Below, in pieces: positions 10,493-18,666 of a DNA stretch of 64,000 bases. Source of the stretch: Planctomycetota bacterium (GTDB taxonomy: Bacteria > Planctomycetota > UBA1135 > UBA2386); NCBI GenBank assembly GCA_046290465.1, contig JBKAGP010000001.1, positions 6,080,001 to 6,144,000 on the forward strand, read 5' to 3'. Every line of letters starts with the position of its first letter. Within the stretch, counting starts at the first letter, position 1. The position numbers and the translations under genes were made by a program. The notes under the pieces were generated by a model that searched no databases, was not told where the DNA came from, and was given only the letters and a program-made list of their open reading frames with translations.

Positions 10493-11381
10493 CCTGGCGG
10501 CTCGGCTCGTCGACCACGCCGCGGTGCGTCGCGACGTCGCGCTGGCGCCGATGATGCACCTGCGCATCGGCGGTCCGGCCGACTGGTTCGTCGAACCGTT
10601 CGACGAGCAGGGCGTGGCCGCGACGGTGCAGGCGTGCCGCGAGCTGGACCTGCCGCTGCGCGTGCTCGGCGGTGGCAGCAACATCGTCGTCGCCGACGCG
10701 GGCGTGCGCGGCGTGGTGCTGCACCTGGCCAACCTCAACCGCATGCAGCGCGAAGACGAACGCGTCACCGTCGGCGCCGGCGTGACGCTGCCGAGCCTGC
10801 TGCGCGCGACCAAGGAGGCCGGCCTCGCCGGCCTCGAGAAGCTGACCGGGATCCCGGCCGAGGTCGGCGGGGCGGTCGCGATGAACGCCGGCACCCGCGA
10901 CGGCGAGACGTTCGAGCATCTGGTGTCGCTGACCGTCGTCGAGGCCGACGGCCGGCTCGGCATCCGCGGCCGCGACGACATGCAGCCGCGCTACCGCAAC
11001 GGCGGACTCGGCGACGCGATCGTCGTGCAGGCGACCTTCGAACTGCAGCCCGACAGCCCCGAGGCGATCTTCGAGCGCTTCTCGGCGTCGCTGCAGAAGC
11101 GCAACCAGAGCCAGCCGGTGACGCAGCGCAGCGTCGGCTGCGTGTTCCAGAACCCCGAGGGCGATGCCGCCGGTCGGCTGATCCAGGAGGCCGGCTGCAA
11201 GGAACTCGCGCGCAACGGCGTGCAGGTCTCCGACAAGCACGCCAACTACTTCGTCAACGACGACACCGGGACCGCCGCGGACTTCGTCGCGCTGATGGAC
11301 GAGGTGCGTTCCCGCGTGCTCGACCGCTTCGGCGTCGAGCTGCACGCGGAGGTCAAGTTCTGGGGTTTCGACGGGCGTTGA
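10479..11381 (+). CDS. murB: UDP-N-acetylenolpyruvoylglucosamine reductase
   Basis: RIGGPAD, LGGGSN, IPAEVGGAVAMNAG, SVGCVFQNP, HANYFVN; TTG start inferred from GGAGG at 10468-10472. Confidence 0.93.
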   Translation: MAGSDLAARLVDHAAVRRDVALAPMMHLRIGGPADWFVEPFDEQGVAATVQACRELDLPLRVLGGGSNIVVADAGVRGVVLHLANLNRMQREDERVTVGAGVTLPSLLRATKEAGLAGLEKLTGIPAEVGGAVAMNAGTRDGETFEHLVSLTVVEADGRLGIRGRDDMQPRYRNGGLGDAIVVQATFELQPDSPEAIFERFSASLQKRNQSQPVTQRSVGCVFQNPEGDAAGRLIQEAGCKELARNGVQVSDKHANYFVNDDTGTAADFVALMDEVRSRVLDRFGVELHAEVKFWGFDGR

Positions 11382-11495
11382 GCGGACCGTTCGTCCGGGG
11401 CGCGGGCACGAGTGCCTCGTCCTCGGACGAAGTTGTCGAGGTGAGCGCGGAACGTGCGCGCCTCAGTCGATAGAGTTGGCCCCACGAGGTAGCCA

Positions 11496-11915
11496 ATGAC
11501 CCAAGACGCAGAAGTCACCATCGAGTTCAAGGGCCGTCACGACCACATCACCGAGCGCATGCAGGAGCACGCCACCAAGAAGCTCCAGCGCCTCGGCCGA
11601 TTCGAGGACGCGTTGACGCGTGTCGAGGTCGTAGCGGATCACGCGCACGAGAACCCGGAGATCGAGCTGATCGCGCACCTTCGCAAGGGCGCGCCGATGG
11701 TCGCCAAGGACCGCGGCGAGTCGTTCTCGGGCACGATCGACCTGCTCGTCGACAAGATGGAGGCCCAGCTTCGCAAGTGGAAGGAGAAGCTGACCAACCA
11801 CAAGTTCCCCGACGCGAAGGAGCAGCGCGCGCGCGCCGCCGAGTCGCACGAGCCGCGGCCGGCGACCGACGAGGAGACCTACGAGGACATCGTGCGCAAG
11901 TCGCTCGACGACTAG
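11496..11915 (+). CDS. hpf: Ribosome hibernation promoting factor / RaiA
   Basis: S30EA-like pattern (GRHDHIT...IDLLVDKMEAQLRKWKEKL); next to ptsN. Confidence 0.85.
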   Translation: MTQDAEVTIEFKGRHDHITERMQEHATKKLQRLGRFEDALTRVEVVADHAHENPEIELIAHLRKGAPMVAKDRGESFSGTIDLLVDKMEAQLRKWKEKLTNHKFPDAKEQRARAAESHEPRPATDEETYEDIVRKSLDD

Positions 11916-12105
11916 GCCTCCCGCCTGCGGGCAGCTCTGCCGCGAGGTGGGGCTGCCGTTCCGCCGGCCTGGCGGCCGCGGCCCTGAACTCCGGCGGCGC
12001 GTCCGGCCGCCGCCCCCGGTGGCAAGGCCGTCTGGGGGCTTCCGGACCCCTCCGGGCACAACGACCGTTGCGTATGCGAGGCGGTTTCCGCACACTCCTC
12101 GCCCC

Positions 12106-12573
12106 ATGATTCGCAAGTTGGTCGAACGCGCAGCCCTGATCGAGGAGATCGAAGCCACTACCAAGGAGGCGGCGCTCAAGGAGATGCTGGCGGCCGCCGA
12201 ACAGGTCGGCGCCTTTCCGGAGGCCGCCCGCAAGGGCCTGCAGAAGCGCCTCTCCGATCGCGAGGCGATCGGTTCGACCGGGCTCGGCAACAGCGTCGCG
12301 GTGCCGCACGTCAAGGGCGACGAGGTCGGGGACATCACGCTGGTGCTGGCGCGCTGCCACCCGGGCCTCGAGTGGCAGGCGATCGACGGTCGCGCCGTGC
12401 ACGTGCTGTTCCTGCTGGTCTCGCCGAGCGGCGAGCCGGAGTCGCACCTGCAGTGCCTGCGCTGGATCGCCGGTCTGGCCCGCAGCGCCGACTTCCGCCG
12501 CTTCCTGCTCGACGCCGAGAGCGGCGACGCGATCCGCGACCTGCTGCTCGAGATGAGCGGGAAGGAGTCGTGA
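12106..12573 (+). CDS. ptsN: PTS IIA (Ntr-type) protein
   Basis: REAIGSTGLGNSVAVPH phospho-His motif; AIDGRAVHVLFLL. Confidence 0.88.
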   Translation: MIRKLVERAALIEEIEATTKEAALKEMLAAAEQVGAFPEAARKGLQKRLSDREAIGSTGLGNSVAVPHVKGDEVGDITLVLARCHPGLEWQAIDGRAVHVLFLLVSPSGEPESHLQCLRWIAGLARSADFRRFLLDAESGDAIRDLLLEMSGKES

Positions 12574-12866
12574 TGAGCGAGGCCGCCGACGACGCGCGCA
12601 AGCTGCGCGTGACCCTGGGCAACAAGCACGGCCTGCACGCGCGGCCGGCGCACCTGTTCGTGCAGACCGCCAACGCCTACGCCAGCCAGCTCAAGGTCGG
12701 CCGCGTCGACGACGACGAGCGCGTCGACGGCAAGTCGATCATGGGCATGATGATGCTCGCCGCCGAGAAGGGCGTGGAGCTCGAGCTCGAGGCCACCGGC
12801 CCGGACGCCGACGCGATGCTGCGGGCGCTGGCCGAGCTGGTCGACGCCAACTTCGGCGAGGAGTAG
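12573..12866 (+). CDS. ptsH: HPr/NPr phosphocarrier protein
   Basis: GLHARPA (His15) and DGKSIMG (Ser46). Confidence 0.93.
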   Translation: MSEAADDARKLRVTLGNKHGLHARPAHLFVQTANAYASQLKVGRVDDDERVDGKSIMGMMMLAAEKGVELELEATGPDADAMLRALAELVDANFGEE

Positions 12867-13085
12867 CGCCGCTTCGGGCCGCGCGCGCGGCCCGGACCCG
12901 GTCGGGGCGATCCGGGGAGGGGGTTCCCGGGGGCCTGCCGATGCCGGCGAACCGGCGGTCGCAGGGCCGTTGTGGCCCGATCATCCGGCGCGTCGGCGGA
13001 ATGCCGGGTCGGGCGGCTCAATTCCGGCCATGGCGCCGGCCGATAGCAGGACGCGAGTGGACAGGTTCCACCACCAAGGAGCGTC

Positions 13086-14108
13086 ATGCTGAAGCAGCGG
13101 AAGAGCATCGTCGGTCTCGACATCGGCACGAGTTGTATCAAGGCCATCGAGCTGACTCGTGAGAAGTACGACCATGTCATCACGGGCTACGCCCAGATCG
13201 ACGTCCATCACGAGGCCTCGCGGCAGGACGCGATCGCCGAGCTGATGGCCGCCGCCAAGTTCCGCACCAAGCGGATCGCGACGGCCGTCAGCGGCAAGAA
13301 CGTGGTGTTCCGGTACATCACGATGCCGGAGATGAACGACGACAAGCTGCTCCAGGCGGTGCGGCTCGAGGCGGACAAGTACATCCCGTTCGACGTCGAG
13401 GACGTCGAGCTCGGCGCCCAGAAGCTCGACATGGCGAGCGAGGACGCGGCCGAGAAGGAGATGAAGGTGCTGCTGGTCGCCGCCAAGAAGGCCGTCGTCA
13501 GCGACCACGGTCGCATGCTCACCGAACTCGGCCTGCAGCCGGTCTCGGTCGGGGTCGACGGCTTCGCGCTCGGCAACGCCTGGGAGCTCGGTGACCTGGT
13601 CAACCCCGGCATCCAGGAGCCGGGTCGCACCGTGGCGCTGGTCGACATCGGCGCGACCAAGTCCAGCATCAACATCCTGCGCGATAACGTCACCTGCTTC
13701 GCGCGGGAGGTGCCGATCGGCGGCCAGGACCTGACCAACGCGATCGCGCGCCGCGTCGGCGTCGAGCCGGCCCAGGCCGAGGAGCTCAAGCGCGACCCGG
13801 GCGACCAGCTCGCGATCATGCAGGAGGCGATCGGGCAGACGCTCGAGGACCTCGGCAACGAGATCAACCTGTCGTTCGACTTCTTCGAGAACCAGTTCGA
13901 CGGCGAGGTGCAGGAGGTCTGGCTGACGGGCGGCACGTCGCTGCTGCCGATGCTCGAGGAGAGCTTCGAGAAGATCTTCGAGAAGCGGACCAAGACCTGG
14001 AACCCCATCGAGGGCCTGAAGGTCAAGTCCGACAACGTCGACGTCGAGGCCCTCAACCAACTCTCGCCGCAGCTCGCCGTCGCCGTCGGGCTCGCCGCCG
14101 CTTCCTAG
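13086..14108 (+). CDS. pilM: Type IV pilus assembly protein PilM
   Basis: VGLDIG, EADKYIPF, LVDIGAT, LTGGTS, AVAVGLA; followed by a PilN with INLLP. Confidence 0.92.
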   Translation: MLKQRKSIVGLDIGTSCIKAIELTREKYDHVITGYAQIDVHHEASRQDAIAELMAAAKFRTKRIATAVSGKNVVFRYITMPEMNDDKLLQAVRLEADKYIPFDVEDVELGAQKLDMASEDAAEKEMKVLLVAAKKAVVSDHGRMLTELGLQPVSVGVDGFALGNAWELGDLVNPGIQEPGRTVALVDIGATKSSINILRDNVTCFAREVPIGGQDLTNAIARRVGVEPAQAEELKRDPGDQLAIMQEAIGQTLEDLGNEINLSFDFFENQFDGEVQEVWLTGGTSLLPMLEESFEKIFEKRTKTWNPIEGLKVKSDNVDVEALNQLSPQLAVAVGLAAAS

Positions 14109-14120
14109 GAGTAACGAGAC

Positions 14121-14738
14121 ATGATCCGCATCAATCTTCTGCCCGCCGACCTTCGTCGCGGCAACCGTCTGCCGCCGCGCGTGCTCGCGGCCGCGTTCGG
14201 CGCAGCCCTGCTGATCAGCGCCGCGATCGGCTGGTTCGGGCTCGTCTACTTCGGGGACCTGGCCGCTGCCGAGCAGGAGCTCGCCAGCGTCACCGGCCAG
14301 CTCAACAGCCGCACCGGCAAGGTCGCCTACCACGACCAGCTGGTCGCCAACCAGAAGGAGTACACGCTGCGCGTGCAGACGATCCAGGAGATCGGCAACT
14401 CGCGCCGCGTCTGGACCCGCTTCATGGACGACCTGCTGGACGTGGTCAACAACAGCGGCCGCATCGAACGTCACCTGGCGTGGTTCGACGGCATCCAGGT
14501 CAAGGGCGACCCCAAGAAGGGCTCGAGCCTGAAGATGCCCGGCAACGTGCAGGGCGACGAGTCGGACCGCGTCGCGAACTTCCACGAAGACCTCGCGGCG
14601 GCGTCGTTCGCCAGCGAACTCAAGAGCAAGTCGGACCCGGTCTGGCAGCTCGAGACGGACGAGAGCCGGATCCCGGCCGCCTTCCTGCGGTTCCCGATGG
14701 AGCTGCAGTTCCAACCGACCGTCGGCAAGAAGAAGTAG
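14121..14738 (+). CDS. pilN: Type IV pilus assembly protein PilN
   Basis: MIRINLLP signature, TM helix, coiled coil. Confidence 0.88.
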   Translation: MIRINLLPADLRRGNRLPPRVLAAAFGAALLISAAIGWFGLVYFGDLAAAEQELASVTGQLNSRTGKVAYHDQLVANQKEYTLRVQTIQEIGNSRRVWTRFMDDLLDVVNNSGRIERHLAWFDGIQVKGDPKKGSSLKMPGNVQGDESDRVANFHEDLAAASFASELKSKSDPVWQLETDESRIPAAFLRFPMELQFQPTVGKKK

Positions 14739-14750
14739 GAGCTGCATACC

Positions 14751-16175
14751 ATGTCGAACTGGACCCAGAAGAAGCTGCTGATGACCATCGGTGGCGCCAC
14801 GTTGGTGGTCTGCGGCGCGGCCGCGGGCGGCGTCTACTATGCGCAGGGCCTCATCGAGGAAGTCAACGTGCAGGTCACTGCCAAGAAGGGTGAGGTCGCC
14901 GCCGCCGACGCCAAGATCGCGAAGATCCCGGCCGTCGAGAAGGAGGTCGTCATCCTGCGCGAGAACCTCGACGAGTACGTCAAGATCCTGCCGGACGACG
15001 ACCAGCTCAACGAGTTCGTGCGCATGATCAACCGCTTCGACAACCAGTCGGGCGTGCGCGGCACGGGCCTCAAGAAGAAGAACGCGCGCGGCGGCAAGGG
15101 CAAGGGCCGCTTCTCGCCGATCGAGTACACCTACGAGATGACCGCCACGCTTTGGCAGGGTCTCAAGTTCATGAACCTGATCGAGAACTTCGAGCGGTTC
15201 GTGAGCATCACCGAGTTCAGCATCCAGCCGGGCAAGGGCGACAACGGCAGCCCCGAGCGGATCGGTGGTGAGGTCGTGCACGCGATCAAGGTCACGATGC
15301 AGACCTACCAGTACAACAAGCCCGGCGCCGGCAAGGAAGTCGTCATCCCCAAGTACGACGACAAGAAGGAGGCGCTGCGCGACGAGATCTGGAAGCGCAT
15401 CCAGCTGATCGGCGTCGAGCACTACGAGCTCAAGGGCCAGGACGGTCGTCGTGACATCTTCGTCGACCCGCGCGAGAGCGGCATCAACGGCGGCAACGAC
15501 CCGTCGCTGCAGGAGCAGAAGGAAGCCCTCGAGCGCGGCATCGCCGCGATCGCCGAGCTCAACAAGAACCTGGAGCGGCAGAAGTCCGAGGAGATCACGC
15601 TGTTCGAGCGCTACGGCCTCGAGAAGCGCTTCAAGTCGGACCTGCAGACGGCGCTCGCGAAGATCGAGGTCGACGCCGCGATCATCAAGTACCTGCCGTA
15701 CCGCACCCGCTGGAGCAGCGAGGTCAGCGGCCCGATCGAGCGCATGCAGGCGATGGCCGCCGTCGAGCGCATCGAGCCGGAGAAGGAGGATCCCTGGCTC
15801 GCCAAGGAGGACATCCAGACGCTGATCGCGTTGATGAGCGAGGACTGCAACAACGGCCAGCTCGAGCAGGCGCGCGAGCGCTACGAGGCGGTCAAGGAGC
15901 GGCTCGCGATCCCCGAACAGGACGAACGTCACGACCTGGCGGTGCAGGCCAAGCGCTGGCACATCAAGGCCTCCACGGCGATCGACTTCAAGGGCCTCGA
16001 CCTCAACGTGCAGGGCGTGGTCGTCAACGGCGGCGAAGGCCGCTCGGGCGTGCTGCTCAACGGCGAGGTCTTCGAAGAGGGCGACTACGTGCAGGACGAC
16101 CTGCTGGTCAAGCTGGTCGAGGAAGAGCAGGTCTGGTTCGTGTTCCGCGGGCTGACGCTCGTGCGCACGATGTGA
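14751..16175 (+). CDS. pilO: PilO-like protein with a long C-terminal extension ending in a PilP/GspC-like beta domain
   Basis: TM, coiled coil, ILPDDDQLNEF...FMNLIENFERFV PilO pattern; RRDIF motif and a C-terminal VQGVVV...VLLNGEVFEEGD domain. Confidence 0.75.
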   Translation: MSNWTQKKLLMTIGGATLVVCGAAAGGVYYAQGLIEEVNVQVTAKKGEVAAADAKIAKIPAVEKEVVILRENLDEYVKILPDDDQLNEFVRMINRFDNQSGVRGTGLKKKNARGGKGKGRFSPIEYTYEMTATLWQGLKFMNLIENFERFVSITEFSIQPGKGDNGSPERIGGEVVHAIKVTMQTYQYNKPGAGKEVVIPKYDDKKEALRDEIWKRIQLIGVEHYELKGQDGRRDIFVDPRESGINGGNDPSLQEQKEALERGIAAIAELNKNLERQKSEEITLFERYGLEKRFKSDLQTALAKIEVDAAIIKYLPYRTRWSSEVSGPIERMQAMAAVERIEPEKEDPWLAKEDIQTLIALMSEDCNNGQLEQARERYEAVKERLAIPEQDERHDLAVQAKRWHIKASTAIDFKGLDLNVQGVVVNGGEGRSGVLLNGEVFEEGDYVQDDLLVKLVEEEQVWFVFRGLTLVRTM

Positions 16176-16317
16176 TCTTCCCGGCGGGTCGGCGCGAGTT
16201 CGCTCAAGCCGACCGCACGGGCGGATCGATGTAGGAGAGACTTCTGGCCGCGTCCCCCCGGGCGCGGTCGAACGGGCGAATCAAAGGCAACCCCATTCCG
16301 GGGTGGGAAGGATCGAG

Positions 16318-18159
16318 ATGCAGGCACTTACGAAAGTGTTCGGAATCACCATGGCGGCGTGCGCACTCGCGACGCTGCCTGCGCAGGAGAAGGCCGCGAC
16401 CGAGGCGGCCCAGCAGCAGGAGGGCATCAGCTCGCAGGCGGAAGGCGATCGCGCCAGCCGACTGACGCTGCGCCTTCGTGACCGCGACCTGCGCGAAGTC
16501 GTTCAGAGCATCCGTCGCAAGACGAACTCGAACATCATCATGGATCCTGGCATCGAGGAATCGGTGACCATCGATCTGCAGGACGTGCACTGGCGTCAGG
16601 CGCTGTCGCTGGTCGTCGAGCAGGCGCAGTGCATCGTCAGCGAAGGCGAGGGGGGCGTGCTCAAGATCGAGAAGCCGCCGCGCGTCTACTTCGCGTTCGA
16701 GAACACCGACATCCAGAAGGTGATCGACACGATCGCCAAGATCTCCGGCGCGAACATCGTCGTCGCTCCCGAGGTCAAGGGCACCATCACGGTGCGCCTG
16801 AAGAACATCCCGTGGCGGGACGCGCTCGACGCGACCGTCAAGACGCTCGGCTTCGTCGTGGTCGAAGAGGACCGTGGCATCCTGCGCGTCGTGCCGGCGG
16901 CCAACATCGAGACCGACCTCGAGTTCGACGCGATCCAGCTGCGCTACGTGCGGCCGAACTCGGTGTTCATGCCGTTCATCACGTCGGAGTACATCCGAGA
17001 CCTGCGCAACCAACAGCCGCTGCAGCAGGGCCAGCTCAACTTCTCGCTGCTCGACACGCTGCAGAACATGACCACGCCGGAGGTCGGCTCGCTGGAGTAC
17101 ATCCAGGAGACCAACACCATCATGGTCAAGGACACGCGGCCGGTGGTCGAGCAGATCCGTCGCACCATCGAGATGATGGACGTCGAGCCGTCGCAGGTGC
17201 AACTGGACGTGCGCTTCGTCACGACCAGCAACGACGACCTGCTCGACATCGGCATCAGCCCCGGCGGCAACGGCTGGACCGCCAGCCTCGGCCTCGGCCA
17301 GATCCCGACGCGGCTGCCGTTCGACCTCGGCGCCGGCGGCTGGGAGGACTCGCTGATCGCCAACGACACCGGCACCGGCCCGTTCACCGACGACGTGCAG
17401 AACCTGCCGGCCGGCACCACCATCCCGAACGTCGTGTTCGGCGCGCTCAACTTCCAGGAAGTGACCGCGACGCTGCGTCTGTTGGCGCGTGATTCGCGCT
17501 CGGAGATCCTGCAGGCGCCGCAGATCACGACCCTCGACAACAACACCGCGACGATCTTCGTCGGCGAAGCGGTGCGCTACGCCCAGGCCCGCGTCGAGCA
17601 GGGCCAGGCCGGCGGCCTCTTGCTGGCGCTCGAGGAAGGCGACGAGTCGCCGGTCAACATCGGCTTCCAGCTGCTGGCCACCCCGCACATCGTGCCGGGC
17701 ACGGACAAGGTCATCATGGAGGTGATCCCGCAGCGCACCGCGCTCAGCGGCACCGGTTCGTCGGCGATCGCGCCGGCCGGCTTCGACGTCTTCGAGGTCG
17801 GTGGCGGCTCCAGCGCCGGCGCCGGTCAGATCGCGCTGCCGCGCGTCGCCTCGAGCACCCTGTCGACGACCGTGCTGCTGAAGAGCGGCCAGACGGCGGT
17901 GCTCGGCGGCCTGAAGAGCAAGACCGAGTCGGAGACCGTCACCAAGCTGCCGCTGCTCGGCGACATCCCGCTGCTCGGCTACCTGTTCAAGAACCGCACC
18001 AAGCAGGAGACGATGTCGACGCTGCTGGTGTTCATCACCCCCCAGATCATCCGCAGCGCGGACGACATGGAGGAGTCGATGCGCCGTGCGCTCGAGGAGC
18101 GCATGAAGGACCAGCGCTCGAACCTCGCGCAGACCCGCGAGGCGATCTTCGGCAAGTAG
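16318..18159 (+). CDS. pilQ: Secretin (PilQ-like)
   Basis: Signal peptide, two STN-like domains, APQITTLDNNTATIFVG, GQTAVLGGL, LPLLGDIPLLGYLFK, LLVFITPQI. Confidence 0.9.
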   Translation: MQALTKVFGITMAACALATLPAQEKAATEAAQQQEGISSQAEGDRASRLTLRLRDRDLREVVQSIRRKTNSNIIMDPGIEESVTIDLQDVHWRQALSLVVEQAQCIVSEGEGGVLKIEKPPRVYFAFENTDIQKVIDTIAKISGANIVVAPEVKGTITVRLKNIPWRDALDATVKTLGFVVVEEDRGILRVVPAANIETDLEFDAIQLRYVRPNSVFMPFITSEYIRDLRNQQPLQQGQLNFSLLDTLQNMTTPEVGSLEYIQETNTIMVKDTRPVVEQIRRTIEMMDVEPSQVQLDVRFVTTSNDDLLDIGISPGGNGWTASLGLGQIPTRLPFDLGAGGWEDSLIANDTGTGPFTDDVQNLPAGTTIPNVVFGALNFQEVTATLRLLARDSRSEILQAPQITTLDNNTATIFVGEAVRYAQARVEQGQAGGLLLALEEGDESPVNIGFQLLATPHIVPGTDKVIMEVIPQRTALSGTGSSAIAPAGFDVFEVGGGSSAGAGQIALPRVASSTLSTTVLLKSGQTAVLGGLKSKTESETVTKLPLLGDIPLLGYLFKNRTKQETMSTLLVFITPQIIRSADDMEESMRRALEERMKDQRSNLAQTREAIFGK

Positions 18160-18249
18160 CCGGAGGGGGCGCCAGCCTTCCCGGCGCCCCGCTCGGCGCC
18201 CCCGTTCGGCGGGGGTGTCGGAACGTCGCGATCCCGGTGCGCTCCAGCG

Positions 18250-18278
18250 TTGAGCGCCCACCCCCGGCGGGATAGCAT
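18250..18278 (+). promoter_or_regulatory. Putative sigma70 promoter of rne
   Basis: TTGAGC-N17-TAGCAT in the pilQ-rne intergenic region. Confidence 0.5.
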
Positions 18279-18666
18279 CCCGGCCGCCGGTTCGGGTGAA
18301 CCGGCTCGGCCGAGCCGCGCCCACGTCGGGCGCACGGCCGAGGATCCCCCGACTACCCCATGCACGTCGCACCGACGCACCTCCGGCACGGCCGGCAGCA
18401 ACCGCTGCCCGGCGTCGTCGCCGGTCCGGACCTCCCGCGGGAGCAACGGCGTCGTACGGCTCGGCATGGATTTCCGTTTCCTACCCTGGATGCCGTTTCG
18501 CGCGATCCACGCGCCGGCCTCCGTGACGTGAGGTCCCAGAGCCGCCGGCCCCGTGCCGCGTCGCTGCGGACCCGTCCCGCAGAGTCCTTCGAGTCCCGGC
18601 CGCGCGCCTGGTCCCGGAACCACCAGGGGGTCGCCGACCTCGGCGATCGACAGACAAAGGTCCCCC

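Noticed and set aside
13031..13047. Sigma54 promoter upstream of pilM
   Set aside because: GG-to-GC spacing is 12 nt, not the required 10.
13086..14108. Actin-fold gene after dcw as ftsA
   Set aside because: Its motifs and the downstream INLLP PilN, PilO and secretin identify it as PilM.
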